Shown: positions 29,927 through 40,426 of the stretch, piece by piece
Layout: each line of letters opens with the position of its first letter
How positions within the stretch are numbered: position 1 is the stretch's first letter
Assembly: GCA_963790205.1 (NCBI GenBank)
Contig: CAWBNQ010000001.1
Span: 288,001 to 352,000 of the forward strand
DNA: 64,000 bases
Reading direction: 5' to 3'
Source: Nitrospirota bacterium
Lineage (GTDB): Bacteria > Nitrospirota > UBA9217
Position numbers and translations under genes: made by a program
Notes under the pieces: generated by a model
What the model saw: only the letters and a program-made list of their open reading frames with translations
Databases searched by the model: none
What the model was told of the DNA's origin: nothing

Positions 29927-31802
29927 ATGAAGATCAGAAACCCTTTTTATCGCCTGAGCATAAGAACGAAGATCGTGCTCATGATCCTGGGGATGTCCGT
30001 CATCTTCGGGTCCGGAATCCTTGTCTTCATCTATAACCAGATCCAGGTCACTCTTCGCAATGAGGCGATCAACAAGACGCTGATTCTGGCGGACGGCCTC
30101 AGCGTGAAGGCGGCGGAGCCCGTACAGGTCGAGGACCTCAATGCCCTCCAGTTCCTCCAGGGCGAGGCGATCAGCCAGCCCGACGTGGCCTACTGCTTCA
30201 TCAAGGACGGGCGCGGACGGGTCATCTCTTCCTCCTTCGAGGGGAATGCGGTGCCGCCGGTGCTCCAGACAATAAACACGCTGACGCCCGGCACGCCCTT
30301 CGGACCGCAGAGCGCGGTCGTCACGCTCAAAGACGGCACGATCGAGGTCATCGATATCGCTTCCCCGATCGGAGGCGGGACGCTCGGCACGGTGCATGTC
30401 GGGCTCAATATGACCCAGATCAAGAGCAACATCAGGGGTCTTCTGCTCAATATTATGCTGGTCGGCGTCGGCGCGCTCTTCCTGCTGACGGTCTTTACCA
30501 TGTGGCTCGCCACGAGGACCGTCGCCCCGGTGAAGGATCTGATGCTCGTTGCCGAGGCCCTCGGCCGGGGCGACCTGACGAAAAAGGCGAATGTGAAGAG
30601 GGGAGACGAACTCGGTCAGTTGGGCGAGACGTTCAACAGAACGATCGACCGGCTCCAGGGCCTGATCCAGACCGAGACCGACCGGGACCAGATGCAGCAC
30701 CAGGTCATGGACCTGCTCTCGGTGGTGAGCACCGCCGCGGAAGGCGATCTTACCGTGAAGGCGGAAGTGACCGCCGACGCCCTCGGTTCCGTGGCGGACG
30801 CCTTCAACCTCATGATCACCGGTCTTATGTCGCTCGTGACCCAGGCAAGCAACGTGGCGAACGAGATCCAGCGCTCCACCTCGGGCATTCTCCATTCGGC
30901 CGAGCGCATGCGGGTCGGCGCCGAGCAGCAGACGTCCCAGATCCGGACCGCTTCGGAATCGGTGCATGACATGTCCGTGACGACGCAGCGTATGGCCCAA
31001 AACGCCGATGCCGCGACCCAGACGTCGCTCAAGGCCACCCAGGCGGCGGTCAAGGGCGGCAGCGTCCGTGGCCGAAACCATCAAGGGTATGCAGCGCATC
31101 CGCGCCACGGTGCAGTCGACCGGGAAAAAGATCAAGGGCCTCGGCGAACGCTCGCTCGAGATCGGCGCCATCATCGAAGTGATCAACGAAATCGCGACCC
31201 AGACGAACCTGCTGGCGCTGAACGCCGCGATCGAGGCTGCCCGCGCCGGAGAGCAGGGCAAGGGCTTTGCCGTGGTTGCCGATGAAGTGCGGAAACTCGC
31301 CGAACGCGCCGCCCGCGCGACGAAGGACATCACCGGCCTCATCAAGGGCATCCAGGTTGAAACGAGCGAGGCCGTGACCGTCATGGAAGAGGGCACGCGC
31401 GAGGTGGAAGAGGGCACCAAGCTGGCCGACCAGGCAGGCGCCGCGCTCCGCGAGATCGAACAGATCGTAAAACAGACCGCCGGCCTCGTGACGGACATTA
31501 CGAAGGCGGCGGGAGATCAGGTGAAGGCAACCCACAATGTGGTGGGCACTATGGACAGCATCCTGAAGCTGACCCAGGAAACATCACACGGCGTGCAGGA
31601 CACCGTGACGACCATCAGCGGCCTTGCAGCCCTCACGAAACGGCTGCACGAGGCCATCGGCAGGTTCAAGCTCGGCAAGGAGGCCGCCGCACAACAGCCG
31701 GAGCCGGCCGCGAGCGAGCTTCCGACCCTTGAGAGTTTCCCCCCCATGGCGGAAAACGTGACGACGAGCGATGAGGAGATCAAGCTCGGCTTCCTTGAAT
31801 AG
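29927..31802 (+). CDS. Methyl-accepting chemotaxis protein (PilJ-like), apparent +1 frameshift near 31061
   Basis: 2 [43 protein letters not shown]. Confidence 0.9.
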
Positions 31803-31810
31803 ACGGCATT

Positions 31811-34570
31811 ATGGCTGCGCCCTTCGACAAATCAGGCATTATCGAATTTTTTCTTGTAGAGGCCGGAGAACACATCCAGAACCTCAATAAGGGACTGCTG
31901 TCCCTTGAAAAGGACCCTTCCGACGGCGCCATGATCGATGAGTTGTTTCGCGCCGCGCATACGCTCAAGGGCTCGGCCGCCATGATGGGCTTCCAGGGGA
32001 TCAGCGACGTGGCGCACACGGCCGAGGACATGCTCGGCCAGTTCCGTTCGGGCTCCCTCCCCATCCGGAAAGACACGCTGAACTTTCTCTTCGACAGCGT
32101 GGATGCAGCCAAGCTCATGGTTGACGGAGTAGCATCGGGAAAGTCCGAAGACGCCCTCGTCGTCGGCAGCATTACTCAATCGTACAAAGACATTATCGAA
32201 AAAAATCGGTCAGCTCCGGCGGAGCTGTCGCCGTCGTCGCGGACCGCCGCTCCGACAGCAGAGAAAGCCGCGACTGCTTCGTCCCCACCGGCGGCGCCTT
32301 CAGTATCGTCGCCGGTTTCGGCGCAGCCGGACGTCCCTCGGCACAAAGACGATCTTGACAGGGCATGGGAAGAGACCTTTGGCGTGGACGCGGAAGAACC
32401 CATCCTCGTCGAGCCGCTGCCGGAGGAGCCCGGGATACGGGAAGCTCCCGAGCCCCCGGTAATAAGCACGGCTCCGGTCGCGGAAATGCCGCGCCATGAG
32501 AATGCCGCTCCCCCTCCTTCGCCCCCTGCCGAAACGCCCGCACCGGCATTGCAGGCGGCCGGGGAACAGGCAGTGTTGTCTCCGGGGCCGGAGGGCCCAG
32601 ACGCACCGACTGAGCCCGTCGAGGCTTCGCTGCAAGAGGAGCTCGAAGAGGCGAAGAAGGCCGGGGTCCATGAAAAAAGGAGTGTCGGCAGGCGCGCGAG
32701 CGACACCGCCGATATCGAGAAGCAGTTTATCCGCGTCAATATCGAGCGGCTCGACAACCTCATGAACCTTGTCGGCGAGATGATCGTCAACAGGAACCGG
32801 CTCGCCCGCCAGGTTGACTTCATTAAGACGCTCCGGGAAGAACTTGCTTTCAGCCAGAACCGCCTGCTTCACGAGATCAAGCAATTCGAGGAAAAATACG
32901 AGTATACGCTGAACTACGGGGTGCCGGGTCCGCAGGTCGTCGAACCGTCGAACGACTTTATGGAGCTCGAGTTCGACCGGTACGACGACTTCAATCTCCT
33001 TTCGCGAAAACTCACGGAGATCACGAACGACACGAACGAGATCATGATGGAACTCGCGGGATTTTTCGACTCCTTCGAACTCGATACGGCCCGCATTGCG
33101 ACCATTACGACCAATCTCCAGGACGAGATCACCATGGCCCGCATGGTGGAGGTGGACCGGCTCTACCAGATGTTCCAGCGTCCGGTCCGCGATCTGTCCC
33201 AGGACGAGAACAAGCAGGTCAACATGGTGGTGTCCGGCGGCGAGACCAAAATCGACAAGACGATCTTCGAGATTATCTCCGACCCGCTCATGCACATGGT
33301 ACGAAACGCCATTTCCCACGGCATCGAGTCCGTGGACGAGCGCAGGCGGCTCGGCAAGGAGCCGGCGGGGTCGCTTATTCTGAAGGCCCGCCACGAAGGA
33401 AACAGCATCATCCTCGAAATAGAAGACGACGGCTGCGGCATGGACCCCGGGGTTCTCAGGAAGACCGCCGCGGACAAAGGATTTATGAGCTTTGCGGAGG
33501 CCCAAAATCTGAGCGACCTTGATGCCCTGAATTTGATCTTTCGCCCCGGCTTCTCAACGGCTAAAACCGTGGGCAAGGTTTCCGGCAGGGGCGTGGGCAT
33601 GGATGTGGTTTCCAACCACCTCGCGAAGATCAACGGCAGGATCGAGATCAAGACCGAAAAGGGCGTGGGCACCAAATTTCTCATCCGGCTCCCGCTTACG
33701 CTCGCCATCGCACAGGCGCTCATCGTGAAGTTCAGGGACCAGGAGCTGGCCGTGCCCATGAACCTCGTTGAGGAAACGACACGGTTCTCGTTCAAGGAGG
33801 TCCAGCGGGCGGCCGGCGAAGAGATGGTGAACCTGCGCGGCACGCTCATCAGGCTCCTCAGGCTGAACGAGCTGCTGGGGATGGGCAAGTTGCCGAGGAA
33901 AGAAGAGACGTTCCGCCATCCCACCCTGATCCTTGCCATGGCCGAAAAAAAGATCGCTCTTATGGTGGAGGACATTATCGGCCGGGAGGAAATCGTGGTG
34001 AAGTCCCTCGGCGATTACCTGAAGGGCGTCAAACTGTTTTCCGGAGCCACGATCTCGGGCGAAGGCAACGTGCGTCTCATTTTGAACGTTTCCTCGTTGT
34101 TCGGCGAAGAGGCCGCGGTGGCGACGAAGGCCACCTTTGCGGCAGTCAGGGAGGCGCCGCCGCCGGAGTCGGCGGTGCGACGGAAGCCGAGGGTTCTTGT
34201 TGTGGACGACTCCATCAGCATCAGGAAATATGTGCAGCGTTTCCTCGACCGTACGGGCTATGAAGTGGAAACGGCGCCGGACGGCATGGAGGCGCTCAAT
34301 ATCATGGGCAGGATCAAGTTTGACGCGGTGATTACCGACCTGGAAATGCCGGTCATGCACGGGTATGACCTGATTGCCGAAATGAAGCGGAACCCGGCAC
34401 TCATGAACATTCCCCTGATCGTGCTGACCTCGAGGGCCGGCGAGAAGCACCGGCAGAAGGCAATCGATATGGGCGCCCTGGACTACCTCGTAAAACCCTT
34501 TGAGGAACAGGAAATGCTCGGGGCGCTCAAAAAACTCCTGAGCGGAGTCGCTCTTGCGCATCGCCCATAA
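31811..34570 (+). CDS. cheA: CheA/ChpA hybrid kinase (Hpt-HATPase-CheW-REC)
   Basis: AHTLKG, HMVRNAISHGIE, SGRGVGMDVV, C-terminal REC. Confidence 0.95.
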   Translation: MAAPFDKSGIIEFFLVEAGEHIQNLNKGLLSLEKDPSDGAMIDELFRAAHTLKGSAAMMGFQGISDVAHTAEDMLGQFRSGSLPIRKDTLNFLFDSVDAAKLMVDGVASGKSEDALVVGSITQSYKDIIEKNRSAPAELSPSSRTAAPTAEKAATASSPPAAPSVSSPVSAQPDVPRHKDDLDRAWEETFGVDAEEPILVEPLPEEPGIREAPEPPVISTAPVAEMPRHENAAPPPSPPAETPAPALQAAGEQAVLSPGPEGPDAPTEPVEASLQEELEEAKKAGVHEKRSVGRRASDTADIEKQFIRVNIERLDNLMNLVGEMIVNRNRLARQVDFIKTLREELAFSQNRLLHEIKQFEEKYEYTLNYGVPGPQVVEPSNDFMELEFDRYDDFNLLSRKLTEITNDTNEIMMELAGFFDSFELDTARIATITTNLQDEITMARMVEVDRLYQMFQRPVRDLSQDENKQVNMVVSGGETKIDKTIFEIISDPLMHMVRNAISHGIESVDERRRLGKEPAGSLILKARHEGNSIILEIEDDGCGMDPGVLRKTAADKGFMSFAEAQNLSDLDALNLIFRPGFSTAKTVGKVSGRGVGMDVVSNHLAKINGRIEIKTEKGVGTKFLIRLPLTLAIAQALIVKFRDQELAVPMNLVEETTRFSFKEVQRAAGEEMVNLRGTLIRLLRLNELLGMGKLPRKEETFRHPTLILAMAEKKIALMVEDIIGREEIVVKSLGDYLKGVKLFSGATISGEGNVRLILNVSSLFGEEAAVATKATFAAVREAPPPESAVRRKPRVLVVDDSISIRKYVQRFLDRTGYEVETAPDGMEALNIMGRIKFDAVITDLEMPVMHGYDLIAEMKRNPALMNIPLIVLTSRAGEKHRQKAIDMGALDYLVKPFEEQEMLGALKKLLSGVALAHRP

Positions 34571-34583
34571 TCTCGCTACCATT

Positions 34584-34994
34584 ATGAATGAAGGCACACG
34601 ATTTCTTATCGTATCACTCGGGGGCGAGAGCTATGCCATGCCGATCACGCGGCTGCTGGAGATCGCCGTGCCGCAGGCCATCAGGAAGGACGCAAACCTG
34701 ACGGAGGTGTTCGAAGGAAAGTTTGAATTCCGGGGCAAGTGGATCCCGGTATTGAATATCAAAAAAATTTTCCGGATCCCGGGCAAGCCGGGTACGTCGC
34801 TCCTGGTGGTCAAGAGCGCGAAAGGCGTTCTGGGGATGCTGGTCGACGCGGTCATGGAGATCATCGACACGGCGCAGAAGCCCGTTCCCGTGCCCAAGGG
34901 CGTCATGAACCCGACGCTGCGGTATTTCGACGGCATCTTACGGTACCGGGACGATTTGATCCTGCTTTTGAACGAGGACGGATTGCTGCCATGA
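34584..34994 (+). CDS. cheW: CheW domain protein
   Basis: FRGKWIPVLN, GMLVDAV. Confidence 0.8.
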   Translation: MNEGTRFLIVSLGGESYAMPITRLLEIAVPQAIRKDANLTEVFEGKFEFRGKWIPVLNIKKIFRIPGKPGTSLLVVKSAKGVLGMLVDAVMEIIDTAQKPVPVPKGVMNPTLRYFDGILRYRDDLILLLNEDGLLP

Positions 34995-35440
34995 AGAGCA
35001 GCTATCTGCTGTTTTTGCTTGGCGAACGGCTGTTCGGCGTAAAGCTCGTGGGCGCGATCGAGATCCTGCCCTGGCGTCCGTCCCGCAGGGTGCCGTTGTC
35101 CTATTCTTACGTCGAAGGACTGCTGGACTACCGGGGGACCGTGTATCCGGTGCATAACCTGGCGCAGCGGTTGGGCCTGGGCAAGCCGGGGCCGATCGGA
35201 TTCATTGCAGGCCGGAATGAGCCCGTAACGAATGGACAGAGCATCATCCTGCTTGAAGAAAACAGCGTGCCCTTCGGCATCGTGGTGGACAGCGTCATGC
35301 GGATGATGAGCCTCGAAGAGCCTGCCGTTGCTCCGGAAAAGGCGCCGGGCGTTGATCCGAAGTATGTCAAGGGGTTCTCGTACGAAGGGGACCAGGAAAT
35401 CGTGATACTCGACTTTGAAAGGTTGCTCCATGCCGATTAA
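34991..35440 (+). CDS. cheW: CheW domain protein
   Basis: GLLDYRGTVYPV, GIVVDSV. Confidence 0.8.
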   Translation: MKSSYLLFLLGERLFGVKLVGAIEILPWRPSRRVPLSYSYVEGLLDYRGTVYPVHNLAQRLGLGKPGPIGFIAGRNEPVTNGQSIILLEENSVPFGIVVDSVMRMMSLEEPAVAPEKAPGVDPKYVKGFSYEGDQEIVILDFERLLHAD

Positions 35441-36572
35441 GATTTTATTAGCGGACAAAAGCATCACCATCCAGAAGGTGGTGGAGATGCTGTTTTCAGG
35501 GAAAGAATACGAGGTCCTCTGCGTGAGCGACGGAGAAACGGCGCTCAGCGAGGCGCAGCGGATCATGCCCGACGTGGTGCTTGCGGACATCGATCTGCCG
35601 CGCATGGACGGATACCGCTTTGCCGCACGGCTCAAACAGGAAGCCGCGCTTGCCCGGACGCCGGTGATTCTCATGATGAGCAGAGACGATGTCTTCGACG
35701 CGAACAAGGCGGGCCAGGCGTCGGTCGTCGACCATATTGCGAAGCCCTTTGAGTCCCAGGAACTCATCGGCAAGGTGAGGAAAGCGGTCTCCGCGGCTTC
35801 GCCGCCGCCTGCCGAACCGGCTGCTGCGGCGCGCCCCTCCGCTGCACAGCCGCAAAAACCGCCGGTAGCGCCGCCTGCTTCCGTTGTTTCAACAAAACCG
35901 GCTGCCGGGCCCAAGGAGGCGCCGCCCGCGGACATCTTCGATATTATCCAGGAGGCGCCCACGCATGCTGACCTTAAACGGACTGCTACTCCGCCGCCCC
36001 CGGAGGAGGAAGGCGTCTACGAGGTTGAGCCCGTGGTCGAGGTCGAGGAACCGCTGGCCCGTGAATCGGCGCGCGCCCTGCCCGTAGGCGAAAAAGCCAT
36101 GGAAGAGATGCGGGCCGGGCTGGGGCTGGGCGGGAAGGCCGGGCAGGCGCAACCGGAGATCGTGAACTTCGAGTCCCTCGACATGGCGACGGCCGCGGCC
36201 GGCGAATACCAGCCGCAGCAGACGCCGCCGCGACGTTTCGCCCCGGACTCGTTCGCGCCGCGCGAATATGTCCCGCCGCCTCCCGAGCCCGCGACCGCGG
36301 CGCCGGCGGCTTCGATGTCTGATGAGAGACTGCGAAGCATCGCTGAAGAGACCACCTCGCGGGTGGCGCGTGAGTATTTTACAAGCGCATCGCCGGACCG
36401 ACTGCCCACGGTGTCCGAGGAGATGGTTCGCCGGGGAATAGAAGAAGCGGCCTCGAAGATCGTACGCGAGCTAGCGCGCGAAGTGATCGAAAAAGTGGCC
36501 TGGGAAGTGATCCCCGACCTTGCCGAGATGCTGATAAAGGCCGAGATCGAACGGCTTAAAGTCGAGACATAG
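35430..36572 (+). CDS. RomR-like response regulator
   Basis: REC, Pro/Ala-rich linker, C-terminal REVIEKVAWEVIPDLAEMLIKAEIERL. Confidence 0.75.
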   Translation: MPIKILLADKSITIQKVVEMLFSGKEYEVLCVSDGETALSEAQRIMPDVVLADIDLPRMDGYRFAARLKQEAALARTPVILMMSRDDVFDANKAGQASVVDHIAKPFESQELIGKVRKAVSAASPPPAEPAAAARPSAAQPQKPPVAPPASVVSTKPAAGPKEAPPADIFDIIQEAPTHADLKRTATPPPPEEEGVYEVEPVVEVEEPLARESARALPVGEKAMEEMRAGLGLGGKAGQAQPEIVNFESLDMATAAAGEYQPQQTPPRRFAPDSFAPREYVPPPPEPATAAPAASMSDERLRSIAEETTSRVAREYFTSASPDRLPTVSEEMVRRGIEEAASKIVRELAREVIEKVAWEVIPDLAEMLIKAEIERLKVET

Positions 36573-36577
36573 AAGAT

Positions 36578-36708
36578 AAAGCTCACGATCCAAGCTCCAA
36601 ATCCCAAATAAGCTCCAAAACGCCAAACATCAAATTTCAAACGTTTTGAATTTGGTTCTTGGATATTGGAATTTATTTGGGATTTGTAATTTGAGGTTTG
36701 TGATTTTA
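36578..36708. repeat. Imperfect heptamer-based palindrome
   Basis: CAAATCCCAAATAA ... TTATTTGGGATTTG arms; same family at 51030-51215. Confidence 0.65.
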
Positions 36709-36771
36709 GTCAGGGGACAAGTTCCCCTCTTTTTATTCCTGTTGAGATCGAAACGAAGGAGAATACCGGGG

Positions 36772-39483
36772 ATGTCTTCACGAGAACTGCCCAAAGCCTA
36801 TGAGCCGAAATCCGTCGAAGAGCGGTGGTACGCCTTCTGGCTGGAAAAAAAATATTTCCACGCCGACGAGAACGCCGGCGGCACGCCGTACTGCATCGTT
36901 ATTCCGCCCCCGAATGTCACCGGCCAGCTTCACGTCGGCCATGCCTTTGACAACACCCTCCAGGACATTCTTATCCGGTGGATGCGCATGTCGGGAAGGA
37001 ACACGCTCTGGATGCCCGGAACGGACCACGCGGGCATTGCCACGCAGAACGTGGTCGAGCGCCAGCTTGCGAAGGAAAACATCGACCGCCATAGCCTCGG
37101 AAGGGAAAAGTTCATTGACGAGGTCTGGAAGTGGAAAAAAGAGTACGGCGGCAGGATCATCAGCCAGCTCAAGCGCCTGGGCGCGTCCTGCGACTGGGAG
37201 CGCGAGCGCTTCACCATGGACGAGGGCCTGTCGCGCGCCGTGCGCGAGGTCTTCGTGCGGCTTTATGAAGAGGGGCTCATCTATCGCGGCGAGCGGCTCA
37301 TCAACTGGTGTCCGCGCTGCCATACGGCGCTCTCGGACATCGAGGTGGAACACGAGGACGAAAAGGGCAAGCTCTACCATATCGCCTATCCCTTGAGCCA
37401 CGACCACACCATCCGCCTCACCGTGGCAACGACGCGTCCTGAGACCATGCTGGGCGACACGGCCGTTGCCGTGCACCCGCTCGATCCGCGGTATAAGGAC
37501 CTGATCGGCAAGACCGTCGATCTTCCGCTCACGAACAGGAAGATCCCGATCATCGGCGACTCGATCCTCGTTGACCTCGAGTTCGGCACCGGCGCGGTCA
37601 AGGTGACCCCCGCGCACGATTTCAACGATTATGAGGCGGGCCAGCGCCAGAAGCCGGAACTCCCGCGCATCAAGATGCTCGACGACAAGGCCCAGGTCCT
37701 TTCCGACATCCCGGACGCGCTCCCCGACGTGCTCAGGCAGATCGCGGGAAAGCCGGCCAAGAAAGCGCGCGGCATGGTGGTCGAACTGCTCCAGGAGCGG
37801 GGCTACCTCGTCAAGGCCGAAGACCACGCCCACTCTATCGGCAAGTGCTACCGGTGCAAGTCCGTGGTCGAACCCTATCTCTCGCCGCAGTGGTTCGTGA
37901 AGACCGGCCCGCTTGCCGAACCGGCGATCAAGGCCGTTGAAGACGGGCGCATCCGGTTTTTCCCCAAAGGCTGGGAGAACACCTATTTCGACTGGATGCG
38001 AAACATCAAGGACTGGTGCATCTCCCGCCAGATCTGGTGGGGCCACCGCATCCCGGCGTGGTACTGCGACGAGTGCGGCACGATCACCGTGAGCCGGACC
38101 GACGCGACGGCCTGCTCGAAATGCGGGAGCGGCAACCTCCGGCGGGAAACGGACGTGCTCGACACGTGGTTCTCCTCGGCGCTCTGGCCCTTTTCCACGC
38201 TCGGCTGGCCCGACAGGACCAAGGAGCTTGGCTTCTATTATCCGACGTCCGTCCTCGTCACGGGCCTCGACATCATATTTTTCTGGGTCGCCCGGATGAT
38301 CATGATGGGGCTCCACTTCATGGACGAGGTCCCCTTCAGGCACGTGTATATCCACGCGCTCATCCGGGACGCCGAGGGGCAGAAGATGAGCAAGTCCAAG
38401 GGCAACGTCATCGACCCGCTTATCATGCTCGAACAGTACGGCACCGACGCGTTCCGGTTCACGCTAGCGGCCTTTGCCGCCCAGGGCCGGGACATCAAAA
38501 TGTCCACGGAGCGCATCGAAGGCTATCGGAACTTCGCGAACAAGATCTGGAACGCGAGCCGGTTCGTGATGATGAACCTGGAAGAGGATTTTTCTCCAAG
38601 CGCCGGGCTCCTGACCCCGGACTCATCGCTTTCCGACCAATGGATACTCTCGCGCCTGAATTCGGTCTGCAAAGAGGTCCAGGCCGCGCTCACGGACTAC
38701 CGGTTCAACGACGCGGCATCGGCGCTTTATCAATTCATCTGGCACGAGTACTGCGACTGGTACCTGGAGCTCTCCAAGCCGGCGCTGATGGGCGACGTTG
38801 GCGCAGCATCCCGCAAAGCGACGCAAACAGTGCTCGTCCATGTGCTGGAAACAGCGCTCCGGCTTCTGCATCCGCTCATGCCGTTCATCACGGAGGAGAT
38901 ATGGCAGACGCTGCCCCAGGAAGTCAGAAGTCAGAAGTCAGAAGTCAGAAAAGAGTCAATAATGGTGTCGGCGTATCCTGTCGCGGATGAGAAGATGATC
39001 AATGCCGAGATCGAACAGGACATGCAGATGGTCATGGACCTGATCATGGCGATACGGAACATCCGCGGTGAGATGAACATCGCTCCGTCCATGCAGATAC
39101 GCGCCATCGTAAAGGTTGAGAATGCAATACTCGGTGAGCATCTTGAAAAAAGCGCCGGCTATGTCAAGACTCTCGCGCGCCTGAGCGAGCTGCGCATCGG
39201 CGTGTCCGAAGCCAAGCCGAAAGCGGTTGCCACCGGCGTTGTCAAGGGCGCGGAGGTTTATGTGCCGCTTGAGGGCATCATCGATCTCACGCAGGAGCGC
39301 GACCGGCTTATGAAGGAGATCGCGAAGGTCGCCAAGGACATCGAAGTGTTCTCGAAAAAGCTTTCGAACAAGAACTTCGTGGACAAGGCGCCGAAAGAAG
39401 TTGTGGAAAAGGACACAGCGAAGCTTGAGGAGTTCAAAGTAAAACGGGAGAAGCTCGAGCAGAGCCTGAAGGTGCTGGGATAG
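36772..39483 (+). CDS. valS: Valine--tRNA ligase
   Basis: PPPNVTG.LHVGH, KMSKS, WCISRQIWWGH. Confidence 0.98.
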   Translation: MSSRELPKAYEPKSVEERWYAFWLEKKYFHADENAGGTPYCIVIPPPNVTGQLHVGHAFDNTLQDILIRWMRMSGRNTLWMPGTDHAGIATQNVVERQLAKENIDRHSLGREKFIDEVWKWKKEYGGRIISQLKRLGASCDWERERFTMDEGLSRAVREVFVRLYEEGLIYRGERLINWCPRCHTALSDIEVEHEDEKGKLYHIAYPLSHDHTIRLTVATTRPETMLGDTAVAVHPLDPRYKDLIGKTVDLPLTNRKIPIIGDSILVDLEFGTGAVKVTPAHDFNDYEAGQRQKPELPRIKMLDDKAQVLSDIPDALPDVLRQIAGKPAKKARGMVVELLQERGYLVKAEDHAHSIGKCYRCKSVVEPYLSPQWFVKTGPLAEPAIKAVEDGRIRFFPKGWENTYFDWMRNIKDWCISRQIWWGHRIPAWYCDECGTITVSRTDATACSKCGSGNLRRETDVLDTWFSSALWPFSTLGWPDRTKELGFYYPTSVLVTGLDIIFFWVARMIMMGLHFMDEVPFRHVYIHALIRDAEGQKMSKSKGNVIDPLIMLEQYGTDAFRFTLAAFAAQGRDIKMSTERIEGYRNFANKIWNASRFVMMNLEEDFSPSAGLLTPDSSLSDQWILSRLNSVCKEVQAALTDYRFNDAASALYQFIWHEYCDWYLELSKPALMGDVGAASRKATQTVLVHVLETALRLLHPLMPFITEEIWQTLPQEVRSQKSEVRKESIMVSAYPVADEKMINAEIEQDMQMVMDLIMAIRNIRGEMNIAPSMQIRAIVKVENAILGEHLEKSAGYVKTLARLSELRIGVSEAKPKAVATGVVKGAEVYVPLEGIIDLTQERDRLMKEIAKVAKDIEVFSKKLSNKNFVDKAPKEVVEKDTAKLEEFKVKREKLEQSLKVLG

Positions 39484-39501
39484 CGGCTCCGTCCGGGAAT
39501 T

Positions 39502-40323
39502 ATGGAACAGATAAAAAAACTTATCGAGCACGCTCTTGCCGAGGATATCGGGTCAGGGGACATAACCACGGAGGCGATCATTCCCGAGACCTCTACCTCC
39601 TCGGCAGTCATGCTCGCAAAACAGGAGCTGGTGCTCGCGGGGCTCGATGTCAGCCGCGAGGTGTTTCTCCACCTCGACCCCGGCATTCAATTTACGGCCT
39701 ATGCAAAGGACGGCGAGAGGATGCACGCCGGCACGGAAATAGCCCGCCTGTCGGGAAACACGAGGGCCTTGCTCACGGGCGAGCGCGTGGCGCTGAACCT
39801 GCTCCAGCATATGTCGGGCATCGCGACGCTGACGGCCAAATACGTCGAGAAGGTTTCGGGCACGAAAGCCAAGATCCTCGATACGCGAAAGACGCTCCCC
39901 GGCTTGAGGCAGCTCGAGAAATATGCCGTGCGAATGGGCGGCGGGAAGAACCACCGCATGGGTCTGTATGATATGGTGCTGATCAAGGACAATCATATCA
40001 AGGCAGCGGGCGGCATCGCACAAGCGATTGAGGCGGCAAGAAGAAAGTCCGGTCAGTTCAAGATCGAAGTGGAGACCAAAAACCTTGAAGAAGTGCGTGA
40101 GGCCCTGGCCGCGAAAGTGGACATCATCATGCTCGACAACATGCCGATAGATACCATGCGCGAGGCGGTGAAGCTGATCAACAGCCGTGCGTTGGTCGAG
40201 GCGTCGGGCAATGTGACGCTCGACACCGCATGGCATATTGCGGAAACCGGGGTCGATTTCATTTCCTCGGGGAGCCTGACGCATTCCGCCCCGGCCGCGG
40301 ACATCAGTATGAAGATAAAGTGA
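39502..40323 (+). CDS. nadC: Nicotinate-nucleotide pyrophosphorylase (carboxylating)
   Basis: DTRKTLPG, NHRMGLYD..LIKDNH, MLDN. Confidence 0.97.
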   Translation: MEQIKKLIEHALAEDIGSGDITTEAIIPETSTSSAVMLAKQELVLAGLDVSREVFLHLDPGIQFTAYAKDGERMHAGTEIARLSGNTRALLTGERVALNLLQHMSGIATLTAKYVEKVSGTKAKILDTRKTLPGLRQLEKYAVRMGGGKNHRMGLYDMVLIKDNHIKAAGGIAQAIEAARRKSGQFKIEVETKNLEEVREALAAKVDIIMLDNMPIDTMREAVKLINSRALVEASGNVTLDTAWHIAETGVDFISSGSLTHSAPAADISMKIK

Positions 40324-40426
40324 CAGGGGGCGGGGTTCAGGGTCAAGGGTTCGGGAACCGCAGGGATTCCGGGTTCTTCTCCGGACCCCCGTACCCCGGC
40401 CCCTGCACCCTGAATTACTTATGTTT

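Noticed and set aside
29867..38355. Long antisense ORFs (e.g. 29867-31498, 34631-35962, 36778-38355)
   Set aside because: Shadow frames of GC-rich genes with no recognisable motifs.
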